Source of the DNA: Dehalococcoidia bacterium
GTDB taxonomy: Bacteria > Chloroflexota > Dehalococcoidia > Lucifugimonadales > JAGWBF01
Assembly (NCBI GenBank): GCA_965237875.1
Contig: CBDEGP010000001.1
Coordinates: forward strand, 1,051,355 to 1,115,354
DNA length: 64,000 nt
Reading direction: 5' to 3'
Below the pieces are notes generated by a model. The model saw only the letters and a list, made by a program, of their open reading frames with translations. It was not told the origin of the DNA and ran no database searches. Of the stretch, positions 44,291 through 52,961 are shown one piece after another (position 1 is the first letter of the stretch; every line of letters begins with the position of its first letter). Made by a program: the position numbers and the translations under genes.

Positions 44291-44740
44291 TCAGGCCTTT
44301 TCGCTGGCGTCCTGGCTCTCGTCCCATCCCAAGGCGTCGCCTTCGGAAAGCTGCATGGGCACTCCCCCTATCTCGCTTTCGTCGATGTCGAACCGGATAT
44401 ACCCCTTGGGACTCTTCAGCAGGGAGTCCCGCTTGATTTTGACCCCGTTGCCCCGCAGGTCGTTGAAGAGGTCCTCAATAGACACGCCGTCAGTGGCCCA
44501 GGCCACGTGGCCGAGCTGTGGGCCCTCCTCTTCCAGTTTTTTGGCCAGGGATGAATCGCCCACCGGAGATATGAAGTCCATGACTACGTCCCCCACTTTG
44601 TACATGATGTAGTCATAGATCACTCCGGTGTTGGACCTGCCCTCCTCCGCCGGGACCATGCTGAAATTCTTTTCGAAAAATGTCCTCACCGGCTGAACGT
44701 CCAAGACCTGATAGCTGACGTGGTGAACCCTTGTAAACAT
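44291..44740 (-). CDS. VOC (glyoxalase/bleomycin-resistance/dioxygenase) family protein
   Basis: MFTRVHHVSYQVLDV is a typical VOC N-terminus. I trimmed the start to ATG 44740, which has GAGGAGG upstream. Confidence 0.8.
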   Translation of the reverse strand: MFTRVHHVSYQVLDVQPVRTFFEKNFSMVPAEEGRSNTGVIYDYIMYKVGDVVMDFISPVGDSSLAKKLEEEGPQLGHVAWATDGVSIEDLFNDLRGNGVKIKRDSLLKSPKGYIRFDIDESEIGGVPMQLSEGDALGWDESQDASEKA

Positions 44741-44794
44741 GGCGCCTCCTCGACCTGTAGTATCTACTTTTTTAGGCGGCATGGGCCGCTGGCG

Positions 44795-45760
44795 TCAGAG
44801 CTTTCTCGGCGGCACAGGCAGTCCGGGGATTTTCATCCGGATGCGGCCCATGCTGCAAAGTCCCGTGTAGAAGAGAGTCTTGTTGTCCTCCATCCCCCAG
44901 CCGACGTTGGAAATCTGGTCCTTCCAGGGCAGTATCACGCGGAATGGCGGTTCCTCTATCCATATATTGCCCAGGTGTTTGCCCTCGGCGTCAGTGATGA
45001 AGATGGCGCCTCCGCCTGCTATGTAGAGGTTCCCCTCAATGTCCACTTTCATCCCGTCGAACACCCCCGCCGGGTAGCTTTCGGGAAGCTCGAACAGAAG
45101 CCGTTCCGACGCCCGGTTGATGGAGCCGTTGGGCATCAGGGCATAGGCCCAAATCCGGCGGTTCCGGCTCTGGGTCAGGTATAAGGTCTTTTCGTCGGGG
45201 GATATGGCCAACCCGTTGGGGGCCTTCAGGTCCACCAGCAGGACAATCTCACCCAGGTCTGGCGTGACCATGTAGTACCCCGACACGTCCAGGTCGCAGT
45301 GGGGGCTTGGGGCGCCGGGGTCCGAGAAGTAGATGCTGCCGTCGGACCGGCAGACCACGTCGTTGGGCCGGTTGAGGCGGACTCCCCTGTACCTGTTGGC
45401 GATGACGGTGGTGGAGCCGTCATGCTCGATGCGAGTTACTCTTCTCAAGCCCTGCTCGCACGCAACCAACCTACCCTGGGGGTCGCGGGTAAGGCCGTTT
45501 GCATAGTTGGTCGGCTCTTGGAAGATGCTGACGCCCTCGGTGGGGGACCACTTCATGCGCCGGTTGTGGCCGATGTCGCTGAAGAGTAAATAGCCGCCCT
45601 CAGCCCACCATACGGGCCCTTCAGGGTTGGGGTATATCCCCAGGCGACGGGAGTCCTGCTCGGGCAGTTCCTCGGCGCCGTAGTCTACGCTGAGGACCTC
45701 GTGTTGAGCATCGAGGTCGACGATGCGCTCCAAGCCAGGGGAGATCATCTCGACGGGCAT
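44795..45760 (-). CDS. SMP-30/gluconolactonase/LRE-like beta-propeller hydrolase
   Basis: 321 aa. The PNGLAISPDEKTLYLTQS and NRPNDVVCRSDGSIYFSDP repeats are typical of the SGL family. Confidence 0.82.
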   Translation of the reverse strand: MPVEMISPGLERIVDLDAQHEVLSVDYGAEELPEQDSRRLGIYPNPEGPVWWAEGGYLLFSDIGHNRRMKWSPTEGVSIFQEPTNYANGLTRDPQGRLVACEQGLRRVTRIEHDGSTTVIANRYRGVRLNRPNDVVCRSDGSIYFSDPGAPSPHCDLDVSGYYMVTPDLGEIVLLVDLKAPNGLAISPDEKTLYLTQSRNRRIWAYALMPNGSINRASERLLFELPESYPAGVFDGMKVDIEGNLYIAGGGAIFITDAEGKHLGNIWIEEPPFRVILPWKDQISNVGWGMEDNKTLFYTGLCSMGRIRMKIPGLPVPPRKL

Positions 45761-45810
45761 GAATTCCTCCTAGGACGGCTGTAAGGCGTTGTATGTGAAG
45801 CGGGTTTGGC

Positions 45811-46683
45811 CTAGCCGAACATCTCCCTGGCGACATTCTCCATCACGGCCAGACACTTGTTGACGGTGTCGGCGTCGCCCATGCCGAAGACCACTCGGTC
45901 GGCTCCGGCTTCCAGATATCCGTTCAGGTGGTCGGGGTCAGGAGGGCGGCCGAAGATGGTGAATTCGATGGCCGATGGGTCTCGCCCCGCGGCCAGGGCC
46001 CACTCGTCCACTTTGGCCCTGCTCTCCTTCATCACGTCTATGCTTATCCAGTGGGGCAGCCAGCCGTCTCCCCAGCGGGCAACCCGCCGGAGGACCCGGT
46101 CCGGGGACGTGCCCTGCCCGTCTCCGCCTCCGCCCAGGATTATCGGAGGGTGGGGTTCCTGGGCGGGCTTGGGAAAGACCCGCACCGGGGGGAAGTCGTA
46201 GTATTTTCCGTGGTATTCCGACTCATCCTTGGTCCAGAGTTCTTTGAGGGCTTCTACGTTTTCCCTGACCTGGCTCCATCGGTGGTCATAGTCCGCGCCA
46301 AGAATCTCCAACTCTTCCCGGAATATCCCGCTGCCTATGCCGAAGAGGAACCTCCCTTGGGACAGCCGGTCCAGAGTGGCGATTTCCTTGGCGAGGATGA
46401 GGGGATGCCGTTGAGGAACGATTACGATGCCGGTCCCAAGCTTCAGGGTGGAAGTCACGGCCGAGGCTCTGGACAACGCTACGAATGGGTCCAGCATGCT
46501 CCATATGTTGGCGCCATACTGGCCGGCCTCGTTGGACGGATGGGGTGTGCTGGTGGAGACGGGAACGAATGGGTGCTCACAAATCCATATTGATTCAAAC
46601 CCCATCTCCTCCCCGGGTTTGGCTAGAGCGGCGGGGTCAACCGGGCTTCCAACGGCGGACGGCACGGAGAAGCCGACCTTCAT
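45811..46683 (-). CDS. LLM-class F420-dependent-type oxidoreductase
   Basis: 290 aa with the GFESIWICEHP motif. It belongs to the short LLM subclass. Confidence 0.82.
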   Translation of the reverse strand: MKVGFSVPSAVGSPVDPAALAKPGEEMGFESIWICEHPFVPVSTSTPHPSNEAGQYGANIWSMLDPFVALSRASAVTSTLKLGTGIVIVPQRHPLILAKEIATLDRLSQGRFLFGIGSGIFREELEILGADYDHRWSQVRENVEALKELWTKDESEYHGKYYDFPPVRVFPKPAQEPHPPIILGGGGDGQGTSPDRVLRRVARWGDGWLPHWISIDVMKESRAKVDEWALAAGRDPSAIEFTIFGRPPDPDHLNGYLEAGADRVVFGMGDADTVNKCLAVMENVAREMFG

Positions 46684-46840
46684 GATTCCCTCCTCAATCT
46701 GCTTGTCCGATGGGGGGCCACGGATGGCCGGTCAAGCGGATGGGACTGTAGATGGCTCTAATGGCCTGTGCCTTTAAGTTGTCAGGAATGCGCTTGATGG
46801 GCGCCAGCGGAGCTAAGTCCGATCGGCGCCCGTCAAGGGC

Positions 46841-47995
46841 CTAGTGGATGTTGTATACCCTGGAGGCGTTGTCCCACAGTATCTTCTGCTTCTCCTCCGG
46901 ACTGCAGTCGCCAAGGAGCTTTGCGGCGATATCGCGGGACTTGGGGAATGTGCCTTCGTCGTGGGGATAGTCGGCGCCGAATTGGATGTTGTCCACACCG
47001 ACTACGTCTCTCAACCGCATGGTGTAAGGGTCTTCCTGGGTGCCCACGAAGCAGTTCTGGTACCAGAAGTCGCTGGGCAGCGTTCCTGGCTTGAACTTGT
47101 ACCGGTCAAGTCTTGTGGATGCGCTGACCCTCTCGGTATAGGTGTAGTTCATACGCTCGAGGAAGCTGGGGATCCAGCTTACCTCGAACTCGATGACTCC
47201 CACCTGGAGTTTGGGGTGCCGCTCGAAGACTCCGGAGAAGACCATGTCTCCGATGGCCATGCGCGGGTAGATGTCGATGTTGGCCAGGAAGGCGGGACTT
47301 AGCGATATGGGGTCCATGAATTCGTTGTCGGGAGACGGCCGGTTGCAGCCGATGTGGAGGGCGACCGGCAACTCCAGGTCCTCGCAGGCCGACCAGAAGG
47401 GCTCGTACATCGGATGGCTGTATCTCATGCCGGGCGTCGTCCCCACCGGGACCATGGCTCCAACCAGACCCATCTTCTTGCACCGCTCCAACTCTATGAT
47501 GGCGGCTTCGCCGATTTCGGGGTTCAGCAATGCGTTGCCGTAAAGCCTGTCGGGATGGGCGCTGCAAAACTCGGCCATCCAGTCGTTCCAAGTCTGCTGA
47601 ATCACGTGCAGGAGATCGGTGTCCCCAACTTTATATAGATGGAGCCCCAAGGTGGAGAAATGTATCGCCTTGTCAATTCCGTCTATGTCCAGGTCTTTGA
47701 CGCGCTCGTCAGGATCGTTGGCTCCAGGCCGAATGTGCTCTTCCCGCACTCTGGTTTTGCCTATTTCAGCCCTGACAGCCGGGTCCTTTTCGTATCTGCG
47801 TCCGGGATGAGCGCCTGGCGAGAGTCCCACGAGGCGCAAGTCGCCGCTGAACCACATATCCACATCATCCAGGCTTCTCAGAACGGGGGCCTGGTCTCGA
47901 TATTCTTTGGGCATTCGGGTCGTCCACAGGTCCGACGCCTCGAATGTGTGGTCGTCCGCCGAGAGTATCTTGTAACCTTCCAGCGCTTGTGCCAT
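46841..47995 (-). CDS. Amidohydro_2 family metal-dependent hydrolase/decarboxylase
   Basis: ILSADDHTFEASD and FGADYPHDEG motifs. I trimmed the start to ATG 47995, which has GAGGAGG upstream. Confidence 0.85.
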   Translation of the reverse strand: MAQALEGYKILSADDHTFEASDLWTTRMPKEYRDQAPVLRSLDDVDMWFSGDLRLVGLSPGAHPGRRYEKDPAVRAEIGKTRVREEHIRPGANDPDERVKDLDIDGIDKAIHFSTLGLHLYKVGDTDLLHVIQQTWNDWMAEFCSAHPDRLYGNALLNPEIGEAAIIELERCKKMGLVGAMVPVGTTPGMRYSHPMYEPFWSACEDLELPVALHIGCNRPSPDNEFMDPISLSPAFLANIDIYPRMAIGDMVFSGVFERHPKLQVGVIEFEVSWIPSFLERMNYTYTERVSASTRLDRYKFKPGTLPSDFWYQNCFVGTQEDPYTMRLRDVVGVDNIQFGADYPHDEGTFPKSRDIAAKLLGDCSPEEKQKILWDNASRVYNIH

Positions 47996-48176
47996 CGCCG
48001 ACCTCCTCATATGGGGCCTTACTTCCTGGGCCTCTGGTCGATATGCGATAGGGCGTTTCCGGTGAACACCCATCGTTCCCGTTAGTCTAATGCCCAAACG
48101 AGCAGAGGTTCCGGGGGGCCGTTTCGGGCGTCGGATGGACTAATTCTACTCCGGCAGGTCTATATGTCAAGCTGAC

Positions 48177-48190
48177 GAAACACGTGTTTC
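48177..48190. promoter_or_regulatory. perfect 14-bp palindrome GAAACACGTGTTTC (candidate operator)
   Basis: It lies in the divergent spacer between the five-gene catabolic operon (minus) and gatC (plus). Five GGACT pentamers surround it. Confidence 0.4.
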
Positions 48191-48301
48191 TGGACTAACT
48201 CGACATGCATTGGGGGACTGCCTCATGCTCCTCAAGGGACTATAATGACTCAAGCATAGTACAAAACCACGGCGGACTGTACAGACGGAAAGGATAAGAA
48301 T

Positions 48302-48592
48302 TTGGCCCTAACCGGAGACGAGGTGCGGCACATCGCAGCCCTTTGCCGCATCGGAATGACGGAAGAGGAGCTGGAGTTGATGGCAGGGCAACTATCCCAG
48401 GTCCTGGAAATGTTTCAGACGCTTCAGGGCCTTGACACTGGCGGGGTCGAGCCGACTGCCCACTCCATATCCCTGGAAACTGTGCTTCGAGAGGACCAAT
48501 CGGCCCCATCGGACCCTGTGGAAAGGGTCCTCTCCAATGCGCCGGTTAGGGAAAACGACCTAATCCGCGTCAAGGCGGTGTTGGAAGACTGA
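48302..48592 (+). CDS. gatC: Asp-tRNA(Asn)/Glu-tRNA(Gln) amidotransferase subunit C
   Basis: 96 aa. [24 protein letters not shown] is typical of GatC. TTG start. It lies directly upstream of gatA. Confidence 0.88.
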   Translation: MALTGDEVRHIAALCRIGMTEEELELMAGQLSQVLEMFQTLQGLDTGGVEPTAHSISLETVLREDQSAPSDPVERVLSNAPVRENDLIRVKAVLED

Positions 48593-48594
48593 AC

Positions 48595-50064
48595 ATGTCA
48601 GGGAACGCTCGCCCGGACGAGCTTTACGATTTGACAATCCATCAAGCCCAGGCGTTGATTGCGCAGGGTGAGATAAGCGCGTCCGACGTCGCCAAGGCAT
48701 GCCTGGCCCGCATCGAGGAAATTGAGGACAAGGTGCGGGCCTTTGTGACCGTCACGGCTGACAATGCCTTGCAGCAGGCTGAACGACTGGACAACACGAG
48801 AGGGAACGGCGGCCCTTTGACGGGCATGCCTGTCCAGATCAAAGACTTGATCAGCACTCGAGGAGTGGCGACCACTTGTGCATCCCGAATGTTGGAGGAG
48901 TACGTGCCCACCTATGACGCTGGAGTGGTGGAGAGGCTGAATGCCTCCGGAGCCGTGATGGTGGGCAAGGGAAACATGGACGAGTTCGGCATGGGCTCCT
49001 CCACCGAAAATTCGGCCTTCTATCCCACCCATAACCCCTGGGACCTGGACCGAGTGCCCGGCGGCAGCAGCGGCGGCGGCGCCGCTGCTGTGGCGGCGGG
49101 GGAGGCGTTTTACGCCCTGGGTTCCGACACAGGAGGGAGCATCCGGCAGCCTGCCTCCCTGTGTGGCCTGGTGGGAATGAAGCCCACCTACGGCCTGGTA
49201 AGCAGGTACGGGCTTATAGCCTATGCGTCCTCATTCGACCAGATTGGCCCCATCACCAAGGACGTGACCGACTGCGCCCTGGTCCTGAAAGCCATCGCCG
49301 GCCACGACGCCAGAGACTCCACGTCCCTTTCCGTCCAGGTCCCGGACTATCAGGCCGGTCTTGCCGGAGGCGTATCCGGGCTCAGGGTGGGAATGCCCCG
49401 TGAATACTTTGCGGAGGGCATGGAGGAGGGGGTCCGAAAAGCTGTGGAAGCCGCAGTCTCGCACATGGAGGACCAAGGGGCCCGCATCGTGGAGACATCC
49501 CTCCCCAGCGCCGGTTATGCCCTGGCCTGTTACTACATACTGGCCCCCTCGGAGTGTTCCGCCAACCTGGCCAGGTATGACGGCGTCAAGTACGGCTACT
49601 CCTACCGGGACACGGACAACATGTGGGAGGCTATGGAGAAGACGCGCCAGCGGGGTTTCGGCCCGGAGGTCAAAAGACGGATCATGTTGGGCGCTTACGC
49701 CCTATCCGCCGGGTACTACGACGCCTACTATTTGAAGGCTCAGAAGGTGCGCACACTTATCATAGAGGAATTCCGAAAAGCCTTTGAGAGCTGCGATGTT
49801 CTGGTAACCCCTACGTCGCCCACCGTGGCATTCAAGCTGGGAGAGAAACTGGACGACCCGCTTCAGATGTACCTGAGCGACGTATACACTGTGCCGGTCA
49901 ACGTAGCCGGACTCCCAGCCATATCAGTGCCGTGCGGGTTCAGCCGGGGTCTGCCGGTGGGGCTTCAACTCATAGGTCCGCCGCTGTCGGAAGAGACCCT
50001 TCTGCGGGCTGCATACGCCTACGAGCAGTCCACAACCTGGCATCAGGCCCGGCCGCAACTGTAG
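48595..50064 (+). CDS. gatA: Asp-tRNA(Asn)/Glu-tRNA(Gln) amidotransferase subunit A
   Basis: Amidase signature [14 protein letters not shown]...[12 protein letters not shown]. 489 aa. Confidence 0.95.
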   Translation: MSGNARPDELYDLTIHQAQALIAQGEISASDVAKACLARIEEIEDKVRAFVTVTADNALQQAERLDNTRGNGGPLTGMPVQIKDLISTRGVATTCASRMLEEYVPTYDAGVVERLNASGAVMVGKGNMDEFGMGSSTENSAFYPTHNPWDLDRVPGGSSGGGAAAVAAGEAFYALGSDTGGSIRQPASLCGLVGMKPTYGLVSRYGLIAYASSFDQIGPITKDVTDCALVLKAIAGHDARDSTSLSVQVPDYQAGLAGGVSGLRVGMPREYFAEGMEEGVRKAVEAAVSHMEDQGARIVETSLPSAGYALACYYILAPSECSANLARYDGVKYGYSYRDTDNMWEAMEKTRQRGFGPEVKRRIMLGAYALSAGYYDAYYLKAQKVRTLIIEEFRKAFESCDVLVTPTSPTVAFKLGEKLDDPLQMYLSDVYTVPVNVAGLPAISVPCGFSRGLPVGLQLIGPPLSEETLLRAAYAYEQSTTWHQARPQL

Positions 50065-50222
50065 GGGCAAGCCTCGTGCCTGCCCTGTTGGCCTGGCCAA
50101 CCAGAGTCCTCTGATTGTGAGTAAGGGCGCCCACGAGGAGCGCCCCTACGGATTGTTTTGGAGTGAGGCTGGACGCTTCCTTGGCTCTTCCTGCGGCGGG
50201 CGGGCGGCGCTAGAATTGGCCC

Positions 50223-51608
50223 ATGAAACGCACCCCGATAGCTGAGATCATAAAGCAGGACTCCGCGGGAGGCCGGTTTCTTGTGCAGGGTTGGGTGAAG
50301 ACTCGCCGGGTCTCCAAAACCGTCGCCTTCATTCAGGTCAACGACGGCTCCACGCTCTCCGATTTGCAGGTGGTGGCTGACGAGTCCACAGAGGGCTACG
50401 GCCTTGTCGAACCCCTTACCACCGGATGCAGCGTCAGCGTCGAGGGGAGTCTCGTCGAGTCCATGGGGAAGGGGCAAAGGTTCGAACTCCGGGCTTCGAC
50501 AGTGCAGCTGCTGGGGACAGCGGACCCGGACACATACCCCCTACAGAAGAAGCGGCACAGCCTGGAGTTCCTCCGGGAGATTGCCCACCTGCGCCCCCGC
50601 ACCAACACTCTGGGGGCGACGGCCAGGGTCAGGAGCGCCGCCGCTTTCGCCATTCACAGCTTCTTTCAGAACAAGGGATTCGTCTACGTTCAGACGCCCA
50701 TCATCACCGGAAGCGACGCCGAGGGCGCCGGCGCCATGTTCCGGGTGACCACCCTTGACATAAATGACCCTCCCCGAGTGGACGGAGCCGTTGACGACAG
50801 CCTCGACTTCTTTGGAGGTCCGGCCTACTTGACGGTGAGCGGACAGTTGGAGGCGGAGATATTCGCCCTGGCCCTGTCCAACGTCTACACCTTCGGCCCC
50901 ACCTTCCGCTCGGAGAACTCCAACACCTCGCGTCACCTGGCCGAGTTCTGGATGGTCGAGCCGGAGGTGGCCTTTTGCGAGCTGGACTGCCTCGCGGACC
51001 TGGCAGAGGAGTTTCTCAAGCACGTCTTTTCCTACGTGCTCGAAAACTGCCCGGAAGACATGGCTTTCTTCAACAAGTGGGTCGACGAGACGGCCATATC
51101 CACCCTGGAAGGCATCGTCAACTCCAATTTCGAGCGCATGACCTATACCGAGGCAATCGACGTTCTCACCCGCTCCGGCGAGCCCTTCGAGTTCCCCGTG
51201 CAGTGGGGCCTGGACCTCCAGTCGGAGCATGAGCGGTACCTGACCGAGAAGCACGTTGGCAGGCCCGTGGTCCTCACCGACTACCCCAAGGAAATCAAGG
51301 CTTTCTACATGAAGCAGAACGCCGACGGCAAGACGGTGAGGGCGATGGACGTACTGGTGCCCCGCATCGGGGAAATCATCGGCGGCAGCCAGCGCGAGGA
51401 CAGTCAGGAAGCCCTGCTGGACCGGATGCGGGAGTTGGGTCTGAATCAGGAAGAGTACTGGTGGTACTTGGACCTGCGCCGCTACGGTTCGGCGCCCCAT
51501 TCAGGGTTCGGACTGGGGTTCGAGCGCACGGTGCAGTTCATCACCGGCCTCCAGAACATCCGGGACGTAATCCCCTTCCCCCGCACGCCCGGCAACGCCC
51601 GCTTCTAG
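50223..51608 (+). CDS. asnS: asparagine--tRNA ligase
   Basis: Class IIb aaRS with an OB N-terminus ([23 protein letters not shown]) and motif 2 [21 protein letters not shown]. 461 aa. Confidence 0.9.
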   Translation: MKRTPIAEIIKQDSAGGRFLVQGWVKTRRVSKTVAFIQVNDGSTLSDLQVVADESTEGYGLVEPLTTGCSVSVEGSLVESMGKGQRFELRASTVQLLGTADPDTYPLQKKRHSLEFLREIAHLRPRTNTLGATARVRSAAAFAIHSFFQNKGFVYVQTPIITGSDAEGAGAMFRVTTLDINDPPRVDGAVDDSLDFFGGPAYLTVSGQLEAEIFALALSNVYTFGPTFRSENSNTSRHLAEFWMVEPEVAFCELDCLADLAEEFLKHVFSYVLENCPEDMAFFNKWVDETAISTLEGIVNSNFERMTYTEAIDVLTRSGEPFEFPVQWGLDLQSEHERYLTEKHVGRPVVLTDYPKEIKAFYMKQNADGKTVRAMDVLVPRIGEIIGGSQREDSQEALLDRMRELGLNQEEYWWYLDLRRYGSAPHSGFGLGFERTVQFITGLQNIRDVIPFPRTPGNARF

Positions 51609-51627
51609 GAGCGGCGCCTACACCATG

Positions 51628-51664
51628 CCTCTTCCCCATCTGAGGGGGAAGATTGAGATGGGGA
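51628..51664 (+). repeat. REP-like element (8-bp stem hairpin + conserved tail)
   Basis: CCTCTTCCCCatctgaGGGGGAAGATTGAGATGGGGA. It lies between the convergent asnS and mcrC. Confidence 0.8.
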
Positions 51665-51686
51665 TGGACGGCGGGCTGCCTTAGCG

Positions 51687-52961
51687 TCACGTGTCGACAA
51701 GCTCAAAGGTAGCGGGAGAGCGTGTGCGGTTGTTGGGTGGCAGCCCCAGCGCCTCATCGCGTAGCGCCTTCACCCGGCCCGCCATCCGCCGAACGTCTTG
51801 CAGAATCTCGTCGAGATGGAGGGACAGGTCTAGGGCTGCCACCTCCAGGCGTTTGCCGGAGTGCTGAACACGGTATATCGCCGTGTCCGCCTCGCCTTGG
51901 GCGTAGATGAGCATCCCGCCGGGCAGGTCGAGTGCTGTAGTGTAGGCCAATAACTGGTACAGGTTTGCGTTGGGGACACTCTCATTGGTGAGGTTCTTGT
52001 ACTTTGCGTCGCCCACGAACCTGCAAACGCTGCCGTCCCACCAAGTCAAATCGGGTTCGAGTTTCACGCGGCTGGCCCTATCGAGATATATGCGGCGACG
52101 GTCCTTGAGTTCTTTATCAGAGCAAAGAGCCTGGGCCAAGACCCCTAGAGCTTCTCTCAGTGCCTGGGTCACGAACTCCTGGAAGACGACGTTCATGTCC
52201 ATCAGGAACCCGGACGCCCGAACTGACCCGCGGCCGGACTCGAACGCGCTATGCCGCAGGATGAGCCGCGACAACACCACGACGTCCCTGTAATGCTCGT
52301 TCAGCCGGTCGAAAGGGACATCCGGCACATTGCGCGGCGGGAACTCGACAGGTGAGATGTTGTCCAGAATCCCCCCGATCCACCCCAGCCCCCTGCGCGC
52401 CGCCTGCGAACGCAGACGCATCCCGCCTAGCCGCCTAGCCGCCGCCTTCACCAGGCGGTTCTCCTGTATGTCGTCGGTGAACTCGTCGTACCGTACCTCG
52501 ACCGGCAAGGGGACCCCAAACCTGCGCCGTATCTGCTCGTCGAACTTGATGCGCCCGCGCACGGTGTGCAGAGCCTCTTCCTCGGTGAGGTATCCGTGGA
52601 GCAGCCCGCGAGAAAACGCCCTCCGCGCGGCGGCTGCCAAGGCCAGCGCCAGCGTATCGGGCAGCGACTCTTTCTCTTGAAAGTCGAACGCCCGCTTTTC
52701 CTGGGACTTGTAGGCGCCCATAGCGTAGCACGCAATCGAGAGCAGCTTCGGGATGCCGATCTTGGGCTGTATCAACACCGACAGGTCGCCAATCTCGACG
52801 GCGCCGACGGTGGAGCCGGGCGTCAGCCAATACGCGCCGTCCACGCCCGCGGCAGGCTCGAGGGTGACGGACGGCAACGCATCGCGGAGCATGTCACGCT
52901 CCTCGCTGGTGAGTTCGACCGCCTCGCTCTTCTGGTACTCCTTCAGATCAATCTGACGCAT
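51687..52961 (-). CDS. mcrC: McrC-like PD-(D/E)xK nuclease subunit of McrBC type IV restriction system
   Basis: 424 aa. LEPDLTWW...FVGDAKYK is the nuclease motif. Its start overlaps the mcrB stop by 14 nt. Confidence 0.85.
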   Translation of the reverse strand: MRQIDLKEYQKSEAVELTSEERDMLRDALPSVTLEPAAGVDGAYWLTPGSTVGAVEIGDLSVLIQPKIGIPKLLSIACYAMGAYKSQEKRAFDFQEKESLPDTLALALAAAARRAFSRGLLHGYLTEEEALHTVRGRIKFDEQIRRRFGVPLPVEVRYDEFTDDIQENRLVKAAARRLGGMRLRSQAARRGLGWIGGILDNISPVEFPPRNVPDVPFDRLNEHYRDVVVLSRLILRHSAFESGRGSVRASGFLMDMNVVFQEFVTQALREALGVLAQALCSDKELKDRRRIYLDRASRVKLEPDLTWWDGSVCRFVGDAKYKNLTNESVPNANLYQLLAYTTALDLPGGMLIYAQGEADTAIYRVQHSGKRLEVAALDLSLHLDEILQDVRRMAGRVKALRDEALGLPPNNRTRSPATFELVDT

